Positions 13,361 to 26,959 of a stretch of 64,000 bases of DNA are shown here, piece by piece. Each line of letters opens with the position of its first letter. The first letter of the stretch is position 1. The stretch spans positions 56,420,001 through 56,484,000 of the forward strand of contig NC_043013.1 of the NCBI RefSeq assembly GCF_006345805.1. The letters are read 5' to 3'. The notes beneath the pieces were generated by a model, which worked only from the letters and a program-made list of their open reading frames with translations, did not search any database and was not told where the DNA came from. The DNA is from Octopus sinensis. Lineage: Eukaryota. The translations under genes were made by a program, and so were the position numbers.

Positions 13361-13775
13361 TACTAGCAGCTAAGCCCGGTTTCACCCAGTCTGTTTGGAT
13401 GATGTGGCTGTGATCGTTTTCTGTTAGGCATAATCTATAACAGCGTTTGTCAACTTTATCATTTCGTGTCCCCTATTTCGATTGGAGCCTCCAGCTGTAT
13501 GAAAATTTCCTGACCCCACCCCGTCAGAAAATAGCTTCTGAGCAACTGGTTGTTTTAATGGCAGAAGAAAGAGGGAAATTCCATTAGAAAATGTTTTAAT
13601 CAATTTTCTCGGTAAGTGTGGGGGCAAAGTAAAAAATACAAACTGCATTTCAATCTACACACCCGTCTCCATATGTCTGCCATTTTTCATGTGAATCCAC
13701 CCAGCCGTTTGGCTGTGAACCTCAAGACAAGAAAGAATACAACGATCACCCATGTCCAATTTATATTTTATATAT
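13361..13775 (+). mobile_element. probable non-autonomous Helitron/Helentron-like element (Lep1/DINE-type)
   Basis: Starts T-ACTAGCAGCTAAGCCCGGTTTCACCC inside (TA)n; subterminal TTTTCATGTGAATCCACCCAGCCGTTTGG; ends in an AT-rich run. Family assignment is by resemblance only. Confidence 0.45.
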
Positions 13776-14185
13776 CCTTCTTTTCCTTTTCCTAGAACCA
13801 TTCCATTGTCTTATACCCAATGTAACTCAATCCATCCCTGACCATCCATTCACTTCCCCTAGAAATATTTTTTATCAACGGTTGTTTGTCTATATTTACA
13901 AATGTTTGCAATTCTTATACAAAGATAATGGTAATTGAAAATTGTAGCAACGGTTCATTCCCCAACCAGACGGGCATATAACAATATGGCAGTCAAAACT
14001 CAGGATCTTTGGTGAGACTCAATCTTATGTATGGATGTGCCTGGTGAGGCCCTGACTGCAAAATGGATGCATCACAACATGTTGAACAGAGTCCAACACA
14101 GAAAGGACCATTAGCAGAATGGGTTGAAACGACTGTTGTACAAAATAAAAATTAATAGCAAAGCCATCATCTGGCTACTTAAGAA

Positions 14186-14328
14186 ATTATTATTATTATT
14201 ATTATATTATTATTATTATTATTATTATTATTCACACATTCACATGCATGCATGCATACACACACACACACACACACACATACATACATACATACATACA
14301 TACATACATACATACATACATACATACA

Positions 14329-14358
<30 letters not shown>
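14186..14358. repeat. compound (TTA)n / (CA)n / (TACA)n microsatellite
   Basis: Direct reading. Confidence 0.9.
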
Positions 14359-14359
<1 letters not shown>

Positions 14360-15104
14360 GCCCTGATGCAATACCAGGCAGTGGCTCTCATGGCTTCTGA
14401 TCTTAACTGATTGGAAGTGTCCTCATGTACATTGTTTTGTCTTGGTATAACAGAATGGCTACAGCAAATATTCTGCTCAATACCACAGATTTGTTTGTCA
14501 GTTGCTTGACCATAACCAGTTGAGCATGTCTCTTAGTGGCTGACGATATGTGTGTCTCTAATCACAAGCAGAAGTAGTTGGCAGGGAGCACCATAGCCAT
14601 GTGTTGAGAGGAATTCTTTGGAGTTTAAATAATTCGCCTTTGGAAACATGGATGTCTTGTTCAGCATCCTTAAACAAGCCTTATTCAAGGACTTTTTGAG
14701 TGGGATGGGCTGCTCGACCTCATGATAATTCTGAGTCCCACCTGCAAGGTCATGCGCTGTTTATCTTGATATGAGATCACCATGTCATGCACATATAGTT
14801 GTGATGCATGTGCCTGGTGTACCCTTATCAGATGGGTCTACAGGGCTTCATATAGTTGTACCCCAGTGTCACTTTGATGGCATGCACTGCTCTCTCTCTC
14901 TCTCTCTCTCTCTCTCCCTTGTATAACCTTGAATGGTCTACTTGATCAAATCAGTCACAGTTCTTATATTATGTCTGCTTCTCCAACTTTGCAAAACCAT
15001 TTAGTCAGAAGAACATAAACAAACCAACAGTGGTTATCAAAAGGTTTTAATATAACCACAAGATAGCTGGAGAAACTGATACAGAGTCTGTGTCGAGTGA
15101 GTTG

Positions 15105-15446
15105 ATGCTTGAAAATGATATTTTGAACATTTGGTGAGATAATGCCAGCTATGGAAATGATAATGCCAGCTATGGAACTGATAATGCAAGTTGTGTAACT
15201 GATAATGCCAGCTATGGAACTGATAATGCCAGCTATGGAACTGATAATGCCAGCTTTGTAACTGATAATGCAAGCTATGCAAATATGAATTTTAATTCAA
15301 GTGACAACCATTATCTAATTCGAGGGAGAGCCATTCTTTACAATATCTCAAATTTTATAGCAATGATTCTTTAAAATTTGTTTGTTATTATTTATCATTT
15401 AAACACAAGAATTTTGCTGTTTTATTTTTTATTGCTGGATCTTTAA
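15105..15446 (+). pseudogene. possible fragment of a membrane-receptor (class A GPCR-like) N-terminus plus TM1/TM2, with in-frame stops
   Basis: MLENDILNIW*(DNASYGx)7 MNFNSSDNHYLIRGRAILYNISNFIAMIL*NLFVIIYHLNTRILLFYFLLLDL*; sequon-rich then hydrophobic; no later helices recognised. Confidence 0.3.
15138..15284 (+). repeat. 21-bp minisatellite, 7 units, consensus GATAATGCCAGCTATGGAACT
   Basis: Direct reading; in frame each unit reads DNAS(Y/C/F)(G/V/A)(T/N). Confidence 0.95.
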
Positions 15447-15907
15447 AGAATTATGTATGTTTTTCTCTGTCTATTGATGGCTATGAATCAGCCATCCATG
15501 TTTTTTTTTTTTTTTGCTTTTTTTCTACAAAGTTGGCGAGTAGATGGTTCCATTTAGAAATTTTACATTTCGAAATAACAATATAAGTGATCAATAAATT
15601 GTAATAGCTGTCAAAGTGTGATGATATCTCTCTGCTCCTTTCTACAATCTGACATTTTTCTCCCAATTTACCCCCCCCCCACACTCCCCACCCCTCGTCA
15701 CCACCACACACACAGAATATAAAAATAAAATTGAATAAAATAAAAATACTAAAATTGAAATTTGAAACTTTGATAATGAATGAAACAAAAACTTGAAATT
15801 GAATTTTTCAATCTAATTTTGACCTATAATTTATTGAACTTGATTGCCAAGAAAGCTATCTGAATATTATTATCTTAAATTCAGTAAAAAAAACAGATAA
15901 ATAAATA

Positions 15908-15937
15908 AATAATAACAACAACAACAACAACAACAAC

Positions 15938-15998
<61 letters not shown>
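15908..15998. repeat. (AAC)n(AAT)n microsatellite
   Basis: Direct reading. Confidence 0.95.
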
Positions 15999-17599
15999 TG
16001 TTGTGTTTAAAATAATTTGCCAAAATATTTTATTCTATTTCATTAATTCTATTTATTAATTTTATTTCCATTTTGTACATTAAACATTGTTCTGAAATTT
16101 AGTTTGCCAAACAGGCTCTGGCAACTGTTCAGAGAGGAATTTATAGAGTTAAATCATTTTTTTTTCGTTTTTTGTCTTGTTTTTCCTTTTTTGTTTTGTG
16201 AAATTGGTCAACTTGTACAGATCTGCTTATGACATTTCTGAGTAAGTTTATAAAAAAAAAAAAAGGAATTGGTTTCCACCAATTCTAACTAAAAGCAATT
16301 TCTCTATTGTGATCTCCTATTGGAAATCATTTGACTTGGAATAGAATGAAAGAAACAAATTTCATCAAGTAAAACTAAGAATGTAAGGAAAATAGTTAAA
16401 GAGGAACAAACATGTCTGATTCCAGTGAAACCTTATAATTCCTGAGAAATACCTGAGGAAACTGAAGGTTCCAAACAAGACATGTGTGTATCTTATATAA
16501 TGAAGAATCCGTGGCTTGAAGAACTGTATTTATTTTCTTTTGTGTTCTTTTATGGTTAGTCCAAGAAAATGAAGGTGGAAGTAACCAATGATGCTTTCCA
16601 AGGTCTCTGAAACTGCATGGGGCAGGAGGAAGTTATTCTCAGACCAAAAATCCACTTTGAACCCTACAACAGAATGCCTCTATTAGATAAAATGATCTTA
16701 ACTTACAGCACCAAAGGTGTGTGGGTGGATGTTGGTGTTAAGGGGACAGATTGAAGTCTACCCCACTTGAACAGGAACAGCCTCCATAATGGGCTTCTAT
16801 ACAATTTTCACTACCAAAGTCCAGTTATCAGGTTTTGGTCAAGCCAATGCTATAGTAAAAGACACTTGCTCAAGATGCCATCCCATGGGATTGAAACTAA
16901 AACTACATAGATGTGAAGCCAACAGCTTAACCACACAACCAGCCTATGCCCATTATCAATAACAGCGAAAGTATCTTTCTGGTAAATATGAGTCTGGGAG
17001 ATTAAATGAATTGAAAAACATTTTAATGCTTTGTAAGTCTGGGGGAGTGTTTGTGTTCAATGTAAATATAAGAATGTTTATTTAAAAAATTGTTTGAAAG
17101 CAGAATTAGAGAAAATGAAAAGGATAAAAATTCTTTAAAAAATTGATATTGGGAGAAAATAGCTGTTGTTTACATCTAAGTTAGTTTGATCAAAGATATT
17201 CAAGTTGTAATCACACAATCTTGTTTTTAAGATTAGAGGCACCCAAACCAATTTATTCTTATGTGAAACTATTTGTTGTCTTAAAAGAAAAGGGGTCTCC
17301 AGAACCAATTTATTCTACTGTGGAATTGTCACTGCCCCATATTACATCATTCAGTATATTGTTTTAAAAGATGATAGGTTGAAGTATGAAGGAGAATTGA
17401 CTATTATTTCTAGTATATTGAGCAAACAAATAGAAGCACCATCAGAGGCTTGAGAGAAGATATGGAATAAAAGTGATATTAAAATGGTCACCTTAAGGAC
17501 TGAGTCCATTTGGTATTATGCAATGCTTGAGCAGAAGCCCCATCAAGCCAGGTAAAACCACAGTCACATAAATGGTACCAATGTCACATAAATGGTACC

Positions 17600-17762
17600 C
17601 ATGCTTATGGCACACTAAAGCACCATTACACTCTCGGAGTGGTTGGCATTAGGAAGGGCATCCAGCCAAAGAAACTATGCAGCCTTCCAGCTTGCCAACC
17701 CTGGTCCAACCATCCAACCCATGCCAGCATGAAAAGTGGACGTTAGATGATGATGATGATGA
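17600..17762 (+). mobile_element. RTE-derived 3' tail (SINE-like) with (GAT)n end
   Basis: CACTCTCGGAGTGGTTGGCATTAGGAAGGGCATCCAGC matches 10075-10115. Confidence 0.8.
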
Positions 17763-19743
17763 AGTTAGATCATAATTTCATTCTTTGTATTACTTTCTAA
17801 TTTCGGTCAACAAAGTTTTAGCAAAGAGAACTTGACTGAATCGATCCCAGAATTTGAACAGAACTTTGTTTTCTCGACTCAAAAGGGAAGAAAAGCAAAG
17901 TTAACCTCAACAAGGTTTTGAACTCAGAACATAACAAAGCCTGAAGAATTACTGCAAGGCCTTATTTCTGTCATCTTTATTTCATCAGTCCATAACATTG
18001 ATCTTGTAAATATCAAAATAGAATTATTTCCTTCTAAGACACTTTATTATTTTTGCTTCTGTTCGTGTATTTCAAAAATTTACCATTTCCATTTCTTTTT
18101 TCAATTGTTTTAAATCAAGGAAAATATGAAGACAGATTCTTAAACCAATCAAAGTTTTGTGATAGTAATTTTGGAATGGAAACTGGAAGAAAGTCTGTTA
18201 CTGGGACAACTTCCAGTCTTTGGATGGCAGACTTAATCCATTGTTCAGTTTAACAGCATCACCTGACCCTTAGGGGTCTTTCAGCAGAGTCCACTCTGTT
18301 GCAAGTTCTCCAGCCAAACCTCAATTATAAAACATGTGGTTTACTGAATGACCAACTGAACAGCTTTAGAGGTAAAAATGTACCTTTTTAGAAAGTATAA
18401 CACTGGTAACGTCCTTAGATGATGGGCAGAGGGTAGTTTTTGTCTAACTCTTGGCTGACCCTTATCCAGGAGACCCTGTGATAAGATGCATTCTTCACAT
18501 GCTCATTCCATCAATCTTTATGGCAGTATGTACTGAAGATCTCATTTTTCAATGTGACCTTACATTTTTTAAGACACTAAAGTGTAATCTAATGGAGATT
18601 TAGCTGTTATTTCTTGCATAAGGACTGCATAGAGGCTCTTTGTATAACTCAAGTTGGTACAGTAATAACCACAGGGTTATTACTGAACTCACCAGGGTTA
18701 CGGTTATCTTTGAAGGGCTACATGTTACACTGTTACATGTTATATATTGAATGCTACATGTTATAAAATGGTGGAGAATGGTGTTTTACAGGCATAATTT
18801 TGGAGGTATGTTGGAGCATTTGTTTAGTGGAAGGCTTTGCGAGGACATCTACAACAGACTGATGGGATGCAGCAAGTTCCTTTGGATCTGTTCAGCATTT
18901 AGTCAAAAATGTCAGAATTACAGAAACCAATGAAGAGAGGCGGTGCGGAGATACATCTTGGAGTGGATTAATTATTTATAAAAGAGATATCCAATGTAAT
19001 CTGGATAAAAAGCCAATATAGTGTTGCTAGGTGAAGGTCAAAGCTGGAACTGAAGTTAAATCCAGAGGAAGTCTGCATAACCCTAACCTGATTATTTATA
19101 AATGTGATGGCTGAGCGTCTGCTAATCCAATAAATAGATTTCTGTTGGATGGGAAAAAGACAAAAATTGAAAGAAAGTGGTTTAGCATTTGGTGCAGAGT
19201 ATTTTATTGTGATTTTTTACATTTTTTTCTCTTTCTCAAAATCCATTGCACTTCAGAACCACAGACAAAAAAAAAATGCTGTATTGCATAAATTGTTCTC
19301 CATATTCTAGAGTGAAATATCTAGATATTTACACAACAGTGGCGGCACATAAAACAATATTGTTCTTCGGTCATCTAAATGGAATTGGTAGTGATTACGT
19401 CTGGGATGCCATAACAGGACCACTTAGACGAATTACAGACACACTAACAGGTCTTTACTTTTTCTAATTATTTTGTGAGGTTTTGTATTTTACTCGTTAA
19501 TTAGGTTTAATGCTGCTGCAGTTTTATTTCCAAATGGTTCATTTGTCTGATTGTGCATCCATAATTATTGAGCGTGACTACATACATCATTGAGCCACGA
19601 AGCTCTTAAATTTATTTGGATAACAGAAATCAAAGTGAAACATTACAATTACAGAGCAGAAATTGATGAACAGTGAAGCGATGAAGACTTGGAAACGTTT
19701 CTAATGAGCATGGTTCTGATCTAGCAGATTACTGCAAACCAAA

Positions 19744-19746
<3 letters not shown>

Positions 19747-19838
<92 letters not shown>

Positions 19839-19842
19839 AGAG
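19747..19842. repeat. (GA)n microsatellite
   Basis: Direct reading. Confidence 0.95.
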
Positions 19843-21164
19843 CCGGGTATTAGCAACAAGCAAATGTATCCAACTATTTCTTGATGGACATCAATAAAAA
19901 TGCAGATTAAACATTCTGATAATTCGGGCTTTGATCAATTTTATAGTCAACTAGGCCAATAAATGTAAAAAAACCAAAAATGTCACTCCGCTGACCTCCA
20001 GATAAAATCTCTGGTCCAAACTGTCAGACGTGTTAGTCAAGACCAAAGCTACACATCATAACCCCTTCAATATATTTCACTCTCTTTTATCAAACTCATT
20101 TTTCAGACTTTCTTTTTTTTTTCTTTCTCTTTTTTCTTGTTCTTTCATTATGATTGTGTGTCTGTTGGTCAGCTGAATGTCTTCAGACACAGACAACCCG
20201 GCTATTTGATTTGACAGGGGTGGCCAGTCCCAGAATTTGATTTACTAGTAAAAGTAATCTTCTATGAATTTACTGGTTAATGTAATGTTCTTACACTTGC
20301 ATCTCTTCCTCACTCCCTCACTCCTACTTCCTTTTCTTCTACATTATCGATTTATACATACATATATATACACACACAAATATAATATCTGTGTGTGTGT
20401 GTATGCATACAAACACACACACATGAACACATACACATATATTGATATATGCTCTGTTCTTGCTACTGGCTTGGTTTACCAAGTTTGACTTACATGCATA
20501 TTTAACACATCAAATAATTGATGGGAATTACAATGATTTATTATGCACATAAATTACAGCCGCTACATAAACTAGGGACCTGTGTTTACTAAAGCACACA
20601 CTCACTCATACACACACACACACACACGTGCCCGTGCATCCACGTACAAACATACGTATACCCTCCTACACAAAAGCACACACCATCTCACCTGAAATTT
20701 CACACTCTTTTGTCAGTTCCCTGGTGTTAAATACACTAAATCTAATACCAGGTTTAATCACCCTTAAAGAAAATCATTTCCTTTCTTGTTTTGATTCTGT
20801 TCCAAATCTTTCGAATTTAGAAAAGAAAAAGTCTTTTATTTTTATTCCATTCGATTTGTTTTCAATTTTGCTTTTCTAGATTTTACTTTGGTGTCCTTTT
20901 GTTTGTTTGTTGGTAACTTTCTATGTTTATCTAACTTTTGGTTCTGACTATTGGCAGAAAAACCACGACCCTATTCTCCATGTATTTACTCGTAGATTCT
21001 CAAAGATTCCTACAATTTGGACAGATATTTGGCCGTTTCTACAATTAAACATTGCAGCCAATCAGATTAACTATTCGGAATAATTTCTACTAAACCTTGT
21101 TCCTCCACCATCTACCACAATCACAACTACCCCACTCAGGATTATCAGAATTTCCCTTCACTTA

Positions 21165-21310
21165 TTTCTTCTTCTTCTTCTTCTTCTTCTTCTTCTTCTT
21201 CTTCTTCTTCTCCTCCTCCTCCTCCTCCTCCTCCTCCTCCTTCTTCTTCTTCTTCTTCTTCTTCTTCTTCTTCTTCTTCTCTTCTTCTTCTTCTTCTTCT
21301 TCTTCTTCTC
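21165..21310. repeat. pure pyrimidine compound repeat (TTC)15(TCC)10(TTC)13 plus further TTC
   Basis: Direct reading. Confidence 0.95.
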
Positions 21311-22110
21311 GTCATCATCACCATCAATACCACTCGATTACATTGAGTCCAGTGCCATCAGCTCGAAAGCAAAGTTGACTTTGGCAGAGTTTGAACTCTG
21401 CATGTAAGAACAAACGAAAAGCTGCTGAGCATTTCACCCAATTTGCTAACGATTCTTTCAGCTCACCACCTTCCTCTTCAGAATAACAATGAAGAAGAGA
21501 ATGATGAACTGAGATTCTTCATCCTTTGAAAAGGAAAAGGTAAATTTTCAAATCTGTGCTGTCAGGAATATTCCGATGAGGAAAAAGTAAAAGTGTGGAA
21601 TAAAAGCAACTGTTAAAGATGAAATGATTGTAAACACAAAGCGCAACTACATTATAAAGAATTGAAATAGTTCAAAAAGAGGTGATTCTGTTTCAATCCC
21701 AAGTGGCTCAGAAGCTGTTCACGTGAGCCGTTGGGTACATGTGCCAACACTAAGAACAGACATTTTCCATACTTTATTTTCTTTTAATTTCTAGTTTTAA
21801 TTATTGAGTCTTTTATCATATATTCTCATATTTATTTCCATTTTCAATTCATCCATTAAATATATATCACATACGTTTATATATTTTAACCCCATCAACT
21901 TTGTATATTTCCCTGTCATTTCGCTCAGTAATGCTTTGTTAAAGTTTCTTTGTTTTAATATGTTCCTCTCACAGACCTTGTGGCTAACAAAGAAAGCATT
22001 GTTGTTGTTATTGTTGCTGTTTGATGAAAACTTTCAGCTTATTTTGCTGGTTATGATGGAAAGTGTCAGCTGTCCAAAAGCAACACACTAAGGTGACACT
22101 TGTTTCCTGG

Positions 22111-22545
22111 TCATGCTTCAAGAACCCTGCAAAGAATTCTTGCAGTTCTAAGCAATGCTGATTTTTGGAGTAGTTCTACCCTTATATCTATACCATTCTT
22201 TATGAGTCGTATTGGTTGCTGATACTTCCAAGTGCGCCAATTATTATTGGTATCATGTCTACTCTCTTCATTGACCACAACCTTCGTATTTTCCACTTCA
22301 AATCATCATAGTTGTTCAGTTTTTCTTTTTCTTTCTCTTTGGTCCTGTTGTCACTGGGACATGCTATGTTAATTATTATACCTGTGCTTTCTTACTCTTT
22401 TTCACCACAACAATGCCTGGTTTCTGATATCTGGTCAGGTGATCACACTGAATCATTACATCCAACAGAATTTTGCAATTTTCATTCTTGGCCACTCCTT
22501 TTCGAGTTTTCTCATTCCACATTTTTGCTCTTTGTAGATGCTTAA
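22111..22545 (-). mobile_element. 3' end of an R4/Dong/NeSL-type (restriction-like endonuclease) non-LTR retrotransposon
   Basis: ORF 22111..22296 ends IRVELLQKSALLRTARILCRVLEA, the characteristic C-terminus of RLE elements. Confidence 0.75.
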
Positions 22546-23899
22546 GTTTTTCCAATCAAGTTGTATCAAAACATGCTCACTGGTGCATTCAGTTGCACTC
22601 GAACAAAATTTGAGAAACGTTTAAATAAAGATCATCATTGATAATTCTACTGAACTTAATAAGTAATCTTTCATGCTTTGTTTCCTTTAATTAAATCTTG
22701 TTGATACTATTGCTTTACCATAACTTTCACTCATTCCAAGTGTGTGCACTTGTGTATGTGTGTATGTATGTATTTATGTATGAAGTATGCATATACATTC
22801 ATACATAAATACATACATACACATGTGTGTGTGTGTGTGTGTACGTAGGCATAAAAAATATGCAGATGTACATGTATGTATGTCTATGTATATTTATGAA
22901 ATTTTAATGTCCTTCCACCCAATTGATAACAATTCTCATAGCTCCTTTTTTTTTATTTGTAAGCCCGTATTTCTCATTCCTCTTTTTTCCTTCTTCTTTC
23001 TTTATTTGTAACCCCAGTGAAATGTTTTTTCTAAGTCTTCATGCTCTTCTGACTAATAACAGAAAGATTCTTTCACCACCACCAACATCATCGTTGTTGT
23101 CATCGTCCTCCTCATCATTTATATATTTTTCTTTTGCTTTTTTGTGCTTGCTCTTCCCCTTGCCTTTATATTTTCTTCTCTTTTAATACCTTCAATGCTT
23201 TTTTTTTTTTTACCTGATGCCATTCCAAACTTTTCACATTTAATCTATGATCAGCACACTTCAATAAATGACTATAAAGTCTTCGAGGCAAATTGGCGAA
23301 CATAAATTTTGGATGAGATGTTCCTTATTAAAATCACAGCACAGAAATTTGGCAGCTTAATAGCAATAAGAAATGAGAAATGGACAGAAATTCTGAAGAA
23401 TCCTTAGGTTTTTAAGGTTCTTTAGATGGAATGGAATCAGGAATTGACAGAATGGAGAAGTTAAAACATGAGAAAAAAATTCAAAAACTAAAATAAAGCC
23501 AACATACAGTAATGGTAATCGGCATCGAAAGATATTTATCAATGCAATTGTTTTAGACACAAACTTTTTCTCAATCATAGTTTTTCTTTCTGCTATGACA
23601 CAAGAACAAAAGATAGAGACTCATTGGGGGGTCATTAGACTTCATAGAAATAACAGCTAAATATCTTTAAAATACCCGTCTCACACAGTAAACTGGCTGA
23701 CTAACATTAGTTTAAGATGGGCCATGATGATTGTGAATGTGAATAACTTAAAGATGTCAAGACATCTCTGCTTACAATCTCCATTAATCTACAACTAAAT
23801 TTCTTAAAGACACAATATAATGTTGTATCCTGTGAAAGTCCTTCTCTAGGGTAACATATATTAGGTAGGGGACGTACTCTTTGCTAAGAACTTATATTG

Positions 23900-24230
23900 C
23901 AGTTATCTCATTTCGGAGGAAACCTTAATAGTTTTTGCTGTGGTACAATTTCACACAGCAGCTCATGTCAGCTAGATCTCTTTCAGATCAGATTTCTGTT
24001 ATTTCCACTGGTTTGGTGCCTCTGCAGTTGCTTCCTTCTAGGGCAGCCCATTTTCCCTTATAGCAGTTGATGATTGTACTGTGATGCCAGTTATCAGATA
24101 GGATGCTTTTCTATACTATTTTGTTGACAAAAGATGGGTGACTAGTTTCTGCTCGGCTTTCATGGATATTTTCAGCCCTTGTCTCCCAGCAACTATCCTT
24201 TCCCAGTCTTCATACTTTTAATTGCCATTT
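23900..24230 (-). mobile_element. decayed RTE RT N-terminal fragment
   Basis: Manual translation NWHHSTIINCYKGKWAALEGSNCRG parallels WCSSTIVNCYKSKGYDFDGNNYRG in the 61.6 kb copy. Confidence 0.7.
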
Positions 24231-24419
24231 AAACCATAGAATGGTCAACTTCAATAACTGGTTCCTTTTTGGGATTTACTTCGGTCGGTCTGTTTTTTTC
24301 CTCTAAGCTCTCCACATACAGATACATACAGATAAATACACACATATACATACATATGTACATGTACATAAGTGTGCGTATATTTATGTATGTATGTATG
24401 TATGGGATTGGTAGCCACT

Positions 24420-24586
24420 ACACACATTTTTTTCTCTCCTTGTTTCTTTCTGTGTTCCTTTCTGTAGAAGAGCATAGGTTCGAAACATAAAAGAATTTTT
24501 CAATTCCTGAGCCTTATACTAATACATCTGTTTGTTTTCTACACCACTTGTCTTCGTCTTTTGCTTTTTTTGTGAATTCTCCCCTG
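24420..24586 (+). mobile_element. short non-coding element family E with a decayed hammerhead motif; second copy at 45355-45527
   Basis: The two copies align over about 170 bp; both end at (TA)n. Confidence 0.8.
24458..24493 (+). ncRNA. minimal type I hammerhead-like motif (decayed)
   Basis: CTTT-CTGTAGA-A-GAGC ATAG GTTC-GAAAC-ATA-AAAG. Confidence 0.5.
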
Positions 24587-24622
<36 letters not shown>

Positions 24623-24626
<4 letters not shown>

Positions 24627-24785
24627 TGCAGGTATAGCTGTGTAGTAAGAAGCTTCATTCTCAATGACATGGCTCTGAGTTCAGTTCTACAGCATGGCAA
24701 CTTAGGGTAGTGTCTTCTACTATAGCCTCAGGCTGACAAAAACCTTGTGAATGAATTTGGTAGACAGAAACTAAAAGGAGCCCAT

Positions 24786-24816
<31 letters not shown>

Positions 24817-24826
24817 GTGTGTGTGT
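24623..24826 (+). mobile_element. SINE family A, 5' half ending in its internal (TG)n
   Basis: Similarity to 8591-8790. Confidence 0.8.
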
Positions 24827-25974
24827 AGCCAATTACTTTCAGTGTAACATATTTCATTACAAAATATTATATTTGCTCTAATGTTGAGAAAGCCAGATCC
24901 TGTATTTAGGAATTTGTATGAATAAATGTGGCTCTTACTATGTGGAGGCCATCATCTGGTTTAGGATGTCCTGATAAATCTTGCGTAATTAAACAATGAA
25001 TGATTATGTAATTATGTGAAACATAATTTCCTAAGTCTCTTAAACAGCTTGTTAGGCTGAAAGTGTTAAAACATTTGGTGTGTGTTTGGCATGAACAGAA
25101 CAGTTATGAGGCCCGACTTTTGTGGTGTCTGGAAGACTGTTTGAAATCAATACGAATGAGTAGATTGAGTGCAGGAAATAGGAAATCCACTTCCATCTGT
25201 CACTTGTGTTATCCGTTATGCAATGAAAATATATTTGCCAGACATTTTGCCAAATGCCACTTTTGCTTGGTAAACATTAAGTACACTTTACCATTAACAG
25301 AACCACTTTTGCTATTGAAGATGTACCATTGAGCCATTGTAATTCCTTAGCAAAACAGGTTTTGAATCCAGAAGTAACTACTTCGCTTCTTTTATGTTAG
25401 AAACAACTTTCGGAAATATAGAGTCTCCTAACTTATTTATTGTACTTTGGAAGCAGGGCTTTCACATGCTTTAGGTATGCATTTTAGGATAGAATCCCCT
25501 TGAAGAGGCACCTGGGGTCCAGAACTCAAGAACATTAATTGAAATTGCTTTGCTTCCATCTTTGCACCATGTCTTCCTTTATTCAAACAGAACTGGTAAT
25601 ATTTAGCAATAACAAGATCATCGTCGTCATCATCATCATCATCTTTACCAAATGTTCGCTTCCCATCCTGGAATGTGTTAGAAATTCATCAAAGACCCAA
25701 GTCAGTTTTTATTTAAATTTCCTGTCCCCTTCCCCCACCAACATGACATGCCATAAAATCATAAGTTGTTTGTTCTACATTTTATTTTGACATGGATTCT
25801 ATGACTGGAAGCACTTTCTATTATTGGTAACTTTATGGAATGCATTGAACGTGTTTTATGATAGCCCTTACACTAAAAAGGTTTCTATAACCTCAAAAAA
25901 AAAAAAGGATTAAAAATCCTCTTCACTTCATATTCGTCTTTATCATTAAAAAATGTCCACCTGACTAATTGGCA

Positions 25975-26300
25975 TCAAGTTATTTACCATTGCCTTCCAA
26001 CTGCTTCACTACAGATGGATTGTCTTTTCCTTCTGAATTTTCTACTGCTACTACAATGGCCTCTGCTTCTAAGAATCAGCTGATCTTCTGCCATCAACGC
26101 TTGTTTACTTCTGAGACCCTGACTTTCCTCCTCTCACTACCTGTATTGCCTACCCCTCTTTAAGCCCCAAATTAACCCTTATACTCACTTCATTCTTCCC
26201 AGAATATTATCCTTTTTGAAAATCACTCCTTGACCCTGCCAATCACATCAATCACACCAAATTTAAAAGGGTTTGAAAAAGTCATGGTAAGAACCCCTTT
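25975..26300 (+). mobile_element. decayed 3' end of a CR1/L2-group LINE
   Basis: Manual translation LLHYRWIVFSF*IFYCYYNGLC resembles the LSHRR.VASLSLFYRYY.G.CS C-terminal motif. Confidence 0.45.
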
Positions 26301-26959
26301 CTCTAGACTAATCCATGACACCCTCACCTCTATCCCCACACATACACACACCAAAAAAAAAGACTGTGGCTATTCACTAGAAAAAAGAAGTGACACCAGT
26401 TCTTTTGTTCTGTTCTGGAGAAATTATTGTTCTCTGGCTTAGGATCCCAATCCAACAACAGTTGTGAAAGCTTATATTTGATCCTAAATCCATAAACTTA
26501 AATTAGATTTCCTATTAAAACAATTCTGTTTTCTGAAAGGATTAAATGACAAGTTTTAACTGATGGGTCCCCAATACATATCTTAGTATTTTGTTATGAT
26601 TCAAGTAAAGGGACAAAAAAGGGCAGCATCTAAGACCTTTCCAATTAGACTGATCTCTTTATTAGTGTCTCTCAATCCACCTCTCTTTCTGAACTATGTG
26701 CATGGTGCTAGTGCTGGATATTCCGTAATTGTCTTTTACCATTATGTCAATTACTAATGAGACAATCATGTTAAATCACGAGAATCCCTTGATCATATGT
26801 TACTGTCTTGTAGTGGAACCGTTTGCCATTTATTATAAAAAGTGGATAGATGACTTTCATTACCTGACGACTTGTGAAGTGTGAAATACATCTTTGGTTG
26901 GTTAATAGTGACACCTTGACATTACAAATTCCAAATTTCATGGTTGAGAAGTTATTGTA

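Noticed and set aside
14360-14890. GC-richer block between microsatellites, probably an interspersed repeat
   Set aside because: Single copy in the window with no diagnostic motif; cannot be classified from sequence alone.
9792-15284. 67-bp and 21-bp arrays as CRISPR-like repeats
   Set aside because: The units are contiguous with no unique spacers, there are no cas genes, and the context is eukaryotic.
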